Source: a virus. Taken from it: DNA of 64,000 nucleotides. Location: positions 4,688-68,687 of IMG/VR virus record IMGVR_UViG_3300009117_000044; one strand, written 5' to 3'. A program made the position numbers and the translations under genes. Below, one piece after another: positions 1-8,206 of this stretch (position 1 is the first letter of the stretch; each line of letters begins with the position of its first letter). Under the pieces are notes generated by a model that had not been told where the DNA came from, did no database searches, and was given only the letters and a program-made list of their open reading frames with translations.

Positions 1-1130
1 AAGGCTGTACGAATCAGTTGTGAGAGGGTATCTGGTATATCTTCATAGAGCAGTTCTAGTGTTTCAATATCACCATTTCTAACAATATTTCGCGCCTCTT
101 TTAAGTCTGGCATATGGTTTTGAGGGAGGTTTTGTAATTGCACAAGCCTCCCGGCAAAGCGTCCAGTTCTGTTAGCACCATAAAACTGAAACATGCCTCT
201 AGCTCTTGAATCACTACAAACCGCATTTTCCATCGCTGTATATTTCTTTACCGAGGATTTTGCCAGTTGCTGACGAAGTGAAAGAACTTCATTTAGTTCA
301 CCATCTGTTTCCTTAAGTTTCTCAGCGACAGCATTTTTACCGAGTGTCTCCATCTCTAGACCGTTTTCAGAAAGCCAGCCTTTCATCTGTTGTACAGAGT
401 TTGGGTTATCGAGATTTGTTATCTGCTGCATGGCATTTAGTAGTTTTTCATGAGATATGTCATCCATGGCAATGGCCTGCTTAACAAAATCCATATCCAC
501 CTTTATGCCTCGATCGTTGATTTCTTGGTCGAGATGATACTCAACCCAGATGTCCTCTGGCACTGGAAACTTGATCAATCTTTGTTGTATCTGTATTTCT
601 GCCTCCACATCACGCTTGTTATATGCTTTGAACTTCTGCCACTTATCGATTTCATCAGTGGGTAGGTTACGGGTTCTACCTCCATTTGTTTTAGTCGGAG
701 TACATGGAACACAAAAGTATCGTATCAAGTCCTTGCCCTCTGTCAGCTTTTGATTTTCAAGTCCTAGCACTGCACCTACACCTTCTAAAGAAAGAGGTAA
801 ACCCATATAGGCAGACCAAACCATGGAACATTTCCATGAGGAAGGATTTAGATAAGTCCCAGTGGGATAGCCCAAATAACGTGAAAGGCATACTCGCTCA
901 AACTGAGCATTAAATGCCCACTTCGTAATGGTTTCATCGGTTAAGGCATCTAGGATTTCTTTTGGAATCTTTTCTCCATCCATCAAATCGATGACCTTAA
1001 CTTCATCACCGTCAACCGCATAACCAAACAGCATCACCTCAAAATCTTCTGCTTCTACGTAACGATAAACACCACTTTTTTGTAGATTGGTAGATGAATA
1101 GGTTTCGATATCAATTTCTAAGTTCTTCAT
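1..1130 (-). CDS. Phage family A DNA polymerase, N-terminal part (runs off window; absent from ORF track)
   Basis: Manual translation from ATG at 1130: MKNLEIDIETYSSTNLQKSGVYRYVEAEDFEVMLFGY...KWAFNAQFERVCL, typical exonuclease-domain start of phage Pol A; follows DUF2800/DUF2815. Confidence 0.88.
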   Translation of the reverse strand, partial: MKNLEIDIETYSSTNLQKSGVYRYVEAEDFEVMLFGYAVDGDEVKVIDLMDGEKIPKEILDALTDETITKWAFNAQFERVCLSRYLGYPTGTYLNPSSWKCSMVWSAYMGLPLSLEGVGAVLGLENQKLTEGKDLIRYFCVPCTPTKTNGGRTRNLPTDEIDKWQKFKAYNKRDVEAEIQIQQRLIKFPVPEDIWVEYHLDQEINDRGIKVDMDFVKQAIAMDDISHEKLLNAMQQITNLDNPNSVQQMKGWLSENGLEMETLGKNAVAEKLKETDGELNEVLSLRQQLAKSSVKKYTAMENAVCSDSRARGMFQFYGANRTGRFAGRLVQLQNLPQNHMPDLKEARNIVRNGDIETLELLYEDIPDTLSQLIRTA

Positions 1131-1203
1131 AGCTACCACCTTTCCTAAATGAAAAAAGGTGGCAGAGGGAAGACCTCCACCACCGTCAAGTTTTCTATTC
1201 CTT

Positions 1204-1755
1204 TTAGGCAAGGAAGTCATTATCGACAAGAGTCGTAAAATCATCTACTGCAGAAGACTTACCGCCTAGAGGTTCTCCGTCTCTAATTTTTTGAATGTTA
1301 CCAAGACCACAAGCTACACCTTTATTACCATTTGAGTTGAAGGCATAGAAGTTAAGAGAAACCCTGCCATAACAACCGCTGTACACCTCGCTACGATCCA
1401 TAATCGGCTTAACACTTTTATCTACAATCTGTGGTGCTGTCTTGCTATTCGCATTGATGAAGTAATGGCCTTTATAAGCCTCATCATCACGCTCTACATC
1501 ACCATCACGCAGCGGTAGTTTAATGGCTGCCTTATTTGGTTTCTTACCACCAAACTTTGCGATACCTTCCTCAATGGCAGCATCAACTGCTGCATGGATG
1601 GCATTAATGGTTTCTTTGTCATCCTTTGGAATAAGGACGGATACGCTGTACTTTTCTGCACCACCATTAATAGATACAGGCTCCCATCCGTGGAAGTAAG
1701 AAAATCTTGAGTTTACACCTGTGATAACTTTTGTTTTGTTTTGCATATTTGCCAT
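1204..1755 (-). CDS. DUF2815 family ssDNA-binding protein (T7 gp2.5-like)
   Basis: RFSY..WEP, KYSVSVLIPK, YSGCYGRVSLNFYAFNSNGNKGVACGLGNIQK motifs and acidic C-terminal tail. Confidence 0.85.
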   Translation of the reverse strand: MANMQNKTKVITGVNSRFSYFHGWEPVSINGGAEKYSVSVLIPKDDKETINAIHAAVDAAIEEGIAKFGGKKPNKAAIKLPLRDGDVERDDEAYKGHYFINANSKTAPQIVDKSVKPIMDRSEVYSGCYGRVSLNFYAFNSNGNKGVACGLGNIQKIRDGEPLGGKSSAVDDFTTLVDNDFLA

Positions 1756-1760
1756 AATAT

Positions 1761-2897
1761 TTAATCCTCCATAATTTCGTTAAATTCGTTTTTAGCATTT
1801 ACTACGTTAATCGCCGTTCTTTTATCTGAGTTTGGAACAAGAGTCGGCTTACCCGGTGGTTTGAAAATGAGATCACCAAGGAGTTCCTCAAATTTGGTTT
1901 TACCCATCAATTTCTGCATCTCTGTCATCGGAATAAGGCTCCTTCTGTAAATATCCTTATATCCACCTGCTACAGCTTTTTCTGCGATGGCTTCTTCATC
2001 TTTATACTTACGAACCGAGCGACCTTCCACAACTTTAAAACCGTTCCACTCTTTACCGTGATTGACGGCGGCATCAGTGGCATAGGCTGTGATTTCATTG
2101 GCCCATTTGGTAAGGTCGGGAAGAACAAGCAAGATTTCTTCTATTTCTGTGTCCGTCAGTAACGGCGGCATCTTGAATTCTTTCTCGGCGAGCCTTAGTT
2201 TTTCTTCGGCTCTGGCCCGACATCTGTTTGCCGCTTTACAGAAGGCACACCATGGACCAGGAATGTACTCACCCTCACCGTTGAAGGCTTTGTCAGCTCT
2301 GGGCTTTAGTACCTCTTCCGCCCAGTCTTTTAGTTCTTCCACCGGTATTGTCCAGGTGCTGACATTTTCTCTTCTTGGTTGAAAGGTTGTCATAGACACT
2401 TCTTTGATGTCATACAGGTAATCATAAATTCCAAGTGCTCCGAGGGCATAGAGTTTCATCTGTGGATTGTCCACTGCATCGACTAGCACTCCCAGCCCAT
2501 ACTTAAAGTCTACGATGTGAAGTCTGTCATCCGCGATAATCACACAATCCCCTGTTCCAAAGCCGTCTGGAACATAACAAGAGAAGTCAAGACGTTGTTC
2601 AATAAGAACGATAGGATCTGTGCAAGACTTTCTTGCAAGTTCCACCTGTTCCATAACGAAGTCAACGTAAGCATCTGTACATTCCTCCATCTCATCAGAG
2701 TTATACTCAGAGATAGGTCGCTGACTTCTCATATGAAGTGCCTTTTTTAGTTTGTGTTCACACAGGTCATGAGCCGCTGTGCCTTCTTTTGCTGCCTCAC
2801 CACTTTGGTCTTCAAACTCCAGTTCAAGTCTTGCAGAGGGTAGGCAGTTAAGCCACCTGTGGGATGAGGATGCAGATAATATTGCATGATTACCCAT
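1761..2897 (-). CDS. DUF2800 family PD-(D/E)XK (Cas4-like) exonuclease
   Basis: HAILSASSSHRWLNC, GFGTGDCVII, IVDFKYG, NPQMKLYALGA, WCAFCKA..C motifs; likely start MGNHAIL at 2897. Confidence 0.85.
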   Translation of the reverse strand: MGNHAILSASSSHRWLNCLPSARLELEFEDQSGEAAKEGTAAHDLCEHKLKKALHMRSQRPISEYNSDEMEECTDAYVDFVMEQVELARKSCTDPIVLIEQRLDFSCYVPDGFGTGDCVIIADDRLHIVDFKYGLGVLVDAVDNPQMKLYALGALGIYDYLYDIKEVSMTTFQPRRENVSTWTIPVEELKDWAEEVLKPRADKAFNGEGEYIPGPWCAFCKAANRCRARAEEKLRLAEKEFKMPPLLTDTEIEEILLVLPDLTKWANEITAYATDAAVNHGKEWNGFKVVEGRSVRKYKDEEAIAEKAVAGGYKDIYRRSLIPMTEMQKLMGKTKFEELLGDLIFKPPGKPTLVPNSDKRTAINVVNAKNEFNEIMED

Positions 2898-3207
2898 TCC
2901 CAAGACCCTCCGCATCTTTCAAGATGTCAGAATAATACGCCTTATCAACAGCACTTAACTTGTCTGCACCATACTTCTGAATGAGTCCTCGCACTTCGGC
3001 AGTAAACCCAATCTGGCTCTTTTCAGCAAGTACCATACGTACTTTTTCCAGTGGGATATCCGGCTCTTTTACTGGTTCTTGTTCAGTGGCAGCTTTTGCA
3101 CCTGGAGCAGGATCTCCTTCTGTCATCGTATCGCAAACTGCCTGTATGCTGTCAGCAAGACTTCGCATATCATTGACCACTTCAAGCAGTAATTTTATTT
3201 TGCTCAA
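2890..3207 (-). CDS. Conserved phage hypothetical protein upstream of DUF2800
   Basis: Coupled ORF; C-terminal LEKVRMVLAEKS..GFTAEVRGLIQKYGADKLS typical of this phage position. Confidence 0.7.
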   Translation of the reverse strand: MSKIKLLLEVVNDMRSLADSIQAVCDTMTEGDPAPGAKAATEQEPVKEPDIPLEKVRMVLAEKSQIGFTAEVRGLIQKYGADKLSAVDKAYYSDILKDAEGLGNG

Positions 3208-3409
3208 GGTCAGTTCCTCCTTTCGTCATTTCACAGATAGATAGTTCCTCGATGCTATCTCCAGGGATCACAATCGTTACACGCTGTTTACTCCCTAAAA
3301 GAAAGCGAAGAATTCGTTCCCTTACGGACACATTACGGTAGGTAACAAGTCCGCCCGTCTGTGGTTTCTTAGAAACACTAATTTTGAGATTGTGTTTCAT
3401 ATCCATCAC
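3182..3409 (-). CDS. Small phage hypothetical protein
   Basis: SD GGAAAGAGG upstream; overlaps next gene; VRERILRFLLG..VTIVIPGDSIEEL motif. Confidence 0.7.
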   Translation of the reverse strand: MMDMKHNLKISVSKKPQTGGLVTYRNVSVRERILRFLLGSKQRVTIVIPGDSIEELSICEMTKGGTDLEQNKITA

Positions 3410-3441
3410 CTCTTTCCAAAGGGCGATTTATTTCTTGCCCT

Positions 3442-3481
3442 CTACCTAGTAGCCACGGGAGGTAATAGAATCTGACGGTTT
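3442..3481 (-). promoter_or_regulatory. Bipartite motif copy A (AAACCGTCAGATT-N14-GGCTACTAGGTAG)
   Basis: Two 13-bp blocks and 14-bp spacing identical to copy B at 34498-34537; promoter role is inference. Confidence 0.55.
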
Positions 3482-3485
3482 AGAG

Positions 3486-3529
3486 AAAAAGAATGCCTAC
3501 CAAAGAGAAATACTCCTTGATAGGCAATC
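3486..3529 (-). terminator. Intrinsic terminator after lysin
   Basis: Stem TTGCCTATCAAGG/CTTTGGTAGGCATTC followed by T run on minus strand. Confidence 0.65.
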
Positions 3530-3539
3530 TTATTAGTTC

Positions 3540-4478
3540 TTATTTCAAGAGTTCATTGACCCTTTTTTGTACCGAAATGTAGTCATAACCGGCATTTGTA
3601 AGTTTGTTTTTTCGATCTTGTCCGTTACCCCAATCGCCACGAATGACTTCCTTTGCGATGACATCAATAGACTTTTTACTAGATAGCATTTCATTGACCT
3701 TTGATTGCACCGCCGCGTAATCATAGCCTGCATCTGTTAAGCGTTTCTTTCGTTCTTCACCATTACCCCATAACCCTTGAATGACTTCCTTGGCCAGCAG
3801 CTCGACCGATTTCTTTTCTGTAGGAGTAGGTGCATTTTCTTCTTTGCCAAGATGATTAAGCCCTGCACTTTTGATAATCGCTTTGTAATCTTTATAGGCA
3901 TAGTTCATGTCTAAGTTTCCTGAGTAACCACTTAGTTTACCTTTGCTTGAGTACTGCCAGATACCATGACGAAGTGTCGGTTCTTTATTAGACCACTGAG
4001 CGACCCAGAAATCATAAGGTGCTAGACGATCCAGTTCTGTTAAATCTTGAAACCAAGAACTAGACGCATAGATACCGGCATAATAGCCAGCATTTTCTAT
4101 GGTTTCACAAAAGCCTACTAAAGCATCGGTAATGGCTTTCTTGCCACTTGGTCGCTGGTGATAATTATCCTCTGTATCAATAAAAACGGGATAAGAGATG
4201 GTCTTGCCTTTGATAATTTCAAGGCATTTCTTCGCTTCTGCTACGCCTTTGGCATTAGTATTCGCACAGCTGTACCAGTAAACACCGATAGGAATACCTC
4301 TCTCGTGAAAGGCTTTGTAGTGTTTTTCAAAGGCATCATCTTTGTGTAAACTCACTCCTGTACCGTGACCGGTGTATCCTGCACGTAGAATGACAAAATC
4401 AACCTCTTTTTCAAGTTGGTCATAGTTTATCTGACTTGGTTTTTGCCACGTGCTGATATCGATTCCTTTAGTTTTCAT
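3540..4478 (-). CDS. Endolysin, GH25 muramidase with two Cpl-7-like cell wall binding repeats
   Basis: GIDISTWQ, VILRAGY, VFIDTED, WVAQW, WQYSS..LDMN; two LAKEVI.G.WGNG..RK..L..AGYDY repeats. Confidence 0.9.
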   Translation of the reverse strand: MKTKGIDISTWQKPSQINYDQLEKEVDFVILRAGYTGHGTGVSLHKDDAFEKHYKAFHERGIPIGVYWYSCANTNAKGVAEAKKCLEIIKGKTISYPVFIDTEDNYHQRPSGKKAITDALVGFCETIENAGYYAGIYASSSWFQDLTELDRLAPYDFWVAQWSNKEPTLRHGIWQYSSKGKLSGYSGNLDMNYAYKDYKAIIKSAGLNHLGKEENAPTPTEKKSVELLAKEVIQGLWGNGEERKKRLTDAGYDYAAVQSKVNEMLSSKKSIDVIAKEVIRGDWGNGQDRKNKLTNAGYDYISVQKRVNELLK

Positions 4479-4480
4479 GA

Positions 4481-4891
4481 TTATTCCTCCTCGTCGCTCT
4501 TGTTATGGAGCTGTTCTAATACATCTTTTAGTTTTTCTGGGATAGGTAGTCCAAGGTGAGCTGAATTTTCTAACAGCGAAATTCCCTCATTTGATAGATA
4601 GAAGAAAACAATCGCTGTTCTTAGTACGCTCCCATCACCAATCACATATACATCTAAGATATTGGCTACACCCACTAAAACAAAAATCAGCACTTTACGG
4701 CTGATTCCGATAAATCCCACTTCACTTGATAGGGTCTTATCAGCGATTGCACATAAGACACCTGTTAGATAGTCGATGACTACAAAAACCAGTAGCGCAT
4801 ATAAAAATCCGTCTGCTCCTCCTAAAAACCATCCGAAGAATCCACCGATTGCTGTTATCACAACTTGGATCCAGTTCCATATTTCTTTCAT
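4481..4891 (-). CDS. Phage holin (phage_holin_4 type)
   Basis: TM segments, VIDYLTGV, SEVGFIGISRK, FYLSNEGISLLEN..LGLPIP; directly upstream of lysin. Confidence 0.9.
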   Translation of the reverse strand: MKEIWNWIQVVITAIGGFFGWFLGGADGFLYALLVFVVIDYLTGVLCAIADKTLSSEVGFIGISRKVLIFVLVGVANILDVYVIGDGSVLRTAIVFFYLSNEGISLLENSAHLGLPIPEKLKDVLEQLHNKSDEEE

Positions 4892-4951
4892 TTAAAATTC
4901 CTCCTTTTGTTGAAATAAAAAGAACACCTACTTTTGCAGATGTTCCTTTGA

Positions 4952-7420
4952 TTACTCTATTTGTTTTGGTAGCCACTCCCAGAGCCTTAAATCCTCCTGA
5001 CCTAGTGACCACATACACATACCTCGAAGTTTCCACCGATAAGCTGCTTCATTTTCCCAGTACACAAGGCTATCCACATCCTGATAATAAAGAATGGAAA
5101 ATCCGTCACCATCACCTAAGAAAATACGAGATATCCAGATGTTAATATCCCTTGGAATGATGGTGACACTGTAGTCCTTTCCGCACTGGATGGATGCCAT
5201 CATATCTGAATGAAAAAAATCATAATCTAGGGAGATGCTTTCACTTCTTGTGGCTGATTCTTCAAGGTCTGCTGTTAAAGTAAATACTTGAAACTCATCA
5301 TCCCAAGAACAGTTACTTCTTGATAGCCGACCATAAGTTTTAAATGTTCCATCTGGCATAAGCACGTCAAAGCGTTCATAAGGCTCATAGGTCCAAGCAT
5401 CGCCTAAGCGAAGCAACTGGCAATGGACTTTATTATCCGAACGAATACCTGCATACCCTGTCACATCCGAGCAAGTGGCTGTAAAGCGCAGTGTATTGGA
5501 TGCAGAGGAATAGACCCGCACTTGATTGCCACGCTTTCGAATTTCTAGAGTATAAAAGCTTGGATTCGATCGAATGTTTGCGGCCGATGTTTTTGAAAAG
5601 CTGGTGGCATAACTACCTTTTAAAGTAGAACCTTCATACAGTTCAATACGCTGGTTATCATAATTAAAGCAACAATAAATCGTTCCAATAAAAACACCTG
5701 CCTTGCCACTAAAGGTCTCAGGAAAAATAATCTGCGCCCTTAAATGTATATCTGAAAAATTGTTGTAGTTCCATGCTAACTGCCCCTTACCCTCCAGTTG
5801 GGAATAGGGTCTATTCATCGAACTGCTTGTATCTTGCCAAACACTCCATTCACCCGATAAAGTTGTCCAGTAGCTTTGGGGGAGAGGGTTATCATCTCTA
5901 AAATCCTCATACCACACAAGGGCAGAATCTGCTTTTCTTCTAAGCATCTCAAGCGTCAACTTAAAACCAGTTGCAGGCCCTACCATATCACCATTTACAT
6001 CTTTGAAATGTCTAGGAGCAAGGGTATATTCTGCTTCACCAACTGTTGGCTCCTCAGAAAATGAAGAACAGACTCTAAATCCATAAAACTGTGCACCCTT
6101 TGCCCCAAGCGAAATGGTGATGGTATGTGTTCCTTGAGAAAGGCTCACTCCTTTTTTCAGTACCGTCCAGAAAGTCGTTCTCCAATAAGGCCACCACAAC
6201 CTGTTTTCAGAAAAATCTACAACACTCCCATCAATAGAGATGCGGATGCTATTCTTATCCCAAAAGGGAAAGCCAAGCTTTACTGCCACATCATAAGTTC
6301 CTGCTTGAGCAATCGTAAAATGATAGGTTGCCGCACCTTCATCCCCCAGTGTTGTGACGCTATTAGAAACAGAAACAACACCAGAATAACTATCCGGCAT
6401 GGCATCATGATCCACATAAACAGTTCCAAAGGCTGACTTTTGTTGTTTGCCATAGGCCGTCAGATACTGTCTGCCATTGTAGCTTGCAGATAAGAGTGGA
6501 TAGCTATAGCGAGTGGCATCTCTTCCTTCCATATAATCGTAGACATGCGGCAATGCCCAAGGTACTTTATTCTCATCATCCCAGTAAGCCACGATGGGAA
6601 TAAACGGTTGAGGAGGCGCATCGTCTGTGAAATTATAGGCTCCTGTCATCCAGTATTTTGCTGCATAGTAGGTATGAGACGTTCCCCTATAGGCTTTACC
6701 TAGGTTTTCTGGTGTGTCATAGATTTGCCAGTTCCATCCATAAGCAGGCATCCCAAAGAAAATCTTATCGGGATTCATCACTGTAACGGCATAATCATAA
6801 ATCCCTTCAAGCCAGCTCTTTGGAGATACAGGTCCCGGTGCAGAACCTGACCAAGCCATGCCATAACTCATAATTGATGCGGTATCGCAATAAGGGTCTA
6901 GGTCACCATAGACGCACCAATTCTCACCGCCTACTGAACCATTGACGCTGGTCATACCTGGAAGGCAAATGTTCATCAGTTTGCTTGAATCATAGGCTTT
7001 GATGGTGTTGTAAATGTTTTGAAACATGGCGGTTGACTCAGCATGAGTGGAATAGTCATCGCCTCTTTCTAGGTCAATATCAATACCATCGCACCAAGGA
7101 TACTTTTTCATAATACGAATAAGCTCGGATAGAAACAGTTCCTGAGCGCCATTCGTGTTATCTCTCAATGCTCTGAAAATACTGTTTGCTCCATCATTGG
7201 CAATGGTAAGTAACCATTTGATGTGACGATAACGGTTAATGTAGGGGAGCATACTACTGATGGTGACACCACTCTCAACAATTTCACCCGTAGCTCGTAC
7301 CTTAAAAGAAAAAAGACCGATAGTATCAATCCGGTCTCCATATTTCTCTAAAGCTTCATACATCCGTGCATTTCCCATAAAAGTCCACACCATGATTTTC
7401 TTGCCTTTTAGTCGTTCCAT
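4952..7420 (-). CDS. GH18 glycoside hydrolase, tail-associated, with inserted beta-sandwich domains
   Basis: DGIDIDLE catalytic motif, IMSYG, FFGMPAYG, C-terminal RGMCMWSLGQED. Confidence 0.85.
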   Translation of the reverse strand: MERLKGKKIMVWTFMGNARMYEALEKYGDRIDTIGLFSFKVRATGEIVESGVTISSMLPYINRYRHIKWLLTIANDGANSIFRALRDNTNGAQELFLSELIRIMKKYPWCDGIDIDLERGDDYSTHAESTAMFQNIYNTIKAYDSSKLMNICLPGMTSVNGSVGGENWCVYGDLDPYCDTASIMSYGMAWSGSAPGPVSPKSWLEGIYDYAVTVMNPDKIFFGMPAYGWNWQIYDTPENLGKAYRGTSHTYYAAKYWMTGAYNFTDDAPPQPFIPIVAYWDDENKVPWALPHVYDYMEGRDATRYSYPLLSASYNGRQYLTAYGKQQKSAFGTVYVDHDAMPDSYSGVVSVSNSVTTLGDEGAATYHFTIAQAGTYDVAVKLGFPFWDKNSIRISIDGSVVDFSENRLWWPYWRTTFWTVLKKGVSLSQGTHTITISLGAKGAQFYGFRVCSSFSEEPTVGEAEYTLAPRHFKDVNGDMVGPATGFKLTLEMLRRKADSALVWYEDFRDDNPLPQSYWTTLSGEWSVWQDTSSSMNRPYSQLEGKGQLAWNYNNFSDIHLRAQIIFPETFSGKAGVFIGTIYCCFNYDNQRIELYEGSTLKGSYATSFSKTSAANIRSNPSFYTLEIRKRGNQVRVYSSASNTLRFTATCSDVTGYAGIRSDNKVHCQLLRLGDAWTYEPYERFDVLMPDGTFKTYGRLSRSNCSWDDEFQVFTLTADLEESATRSESISLDYDFFHSDMMASIQCGKDYSVTIIPRDINIWISRIFLGDGDGFSILYYQDVDSLVYWENEAAYRWKLRGMCMWSLGQEDLRLWEWLPKQIE

Positions 7421-8004
7421 TAGAATGGTTCACCTCCGTCTTGCATTTCCTGCATGGTAAACAGCACCCTTGCAGATTTCCCTTTTTCAAGGGTCACTTT
7501 GTGCTTTGAGTCCCAGGCAGCACTGTATTGATAGAACCCCTCTTTGGGTTCGCTTGCTCCGTTTTTGGTACATGCTCGTGTAGATGCTAGGAGCGCCAAA
7601 TCAACATCTTTTCCAATGGTTCCAGGGAAGGAGACCTGTTGCCCTCCTATACCTTGGCTTAGTTTCACTGTTCCAGCAGACATAGAAAGCTTTGGATAGA
7701 TATGAATATCAAGTCCTGCAGAGGTTTCACCAACATTAAATAAAATAATGGTTTCCTCTGAACGGACCACACCGTTAAACCAAACAGGATTCTTGATACT
7801 GCCATCTTCCTTTAGTTTTTCTAACCTGCTCTCTGTATGAGGCGCATAACCATTTAGAACAGGTCCTTCTTGTAACTGGATGTCCGTAAACCAAATCATG
7901 CCAGTGCAATCATAGAGGGTAGGTTTTATGCTTACACTCATGACACGCTTATCTTGTTTTTTATTTATGACTTCTGCCAACCTTATAAATTTAACCTTAG
8001 CCAT
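7420..8004 (-). CDS. Tail-associated hypothetical protein
   Basis: Translationally coupled within tail operon; WFTDIQLQEG motif typical of phage tail carbohydrate-binding-like segments. Confidence 0.7.
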   Translation of the reverse strand: MAKVKFIRLAEVINKKQDKRVMSVSIKPTLYDCTGMIWFTDIQLQEGPVLNGYAPHTESRLEKLKEDGSIKNPVWFNGVVRSEETIILFNVGETSAGLDIHIYPKLSMSAGTVKLSQGIGGQQVSFPGTIGKDVDLALLASTRACTKNGASEPKEGFYQYSAAWDSKHKVTLEKGKSARVLFTMQEMQDGGEPF

Positions 8005-8197
8005 CTAACGTCCACCTTATTTCACAGGGATGACCTACCCATCCCGTGACCACTGACCCTGCTTGTAAAAAGAGATCCGTAATATAAAAAGTGCCTGTGC
8101 AATTTGTGACACAGACACGGATGGTAATGGATTTTACTTTAGAAGAGTAGCTTTCTGGGAGTATCTTTTCTGATGTTCTTGAAAAATAGGCCACCAA
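7997..8197 (-). CDS. Small tail-associated protein
   Basis: SD GGAGG upstream of GTG; FYITDLFLQAG..TGWVGHP motif. Confidence 0.65.
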   Translation of the reverse strand: MVAYFSRTSEKILPESYSSKVKSITIRVCVTNCTGTFYITDLFLQAGSVVTGWVGHPCEIRWTLDG

Positions 8198-8206
8198 TCC
8201 ACCTCC

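Noticed and set aside
450-913. Three short plus-strand ORFs
   Set aside because: Shadows of the minus-strand DNA polymerase; the same applies to most short plus-strand ORFs across both prophages and the SLH gene
1761-2897. Cas4-like nuclease as CRISPR evidence
   Set aside because: DUF2800 is a standard member of the phage DUF2800-DUF2815-PolA module; no array present
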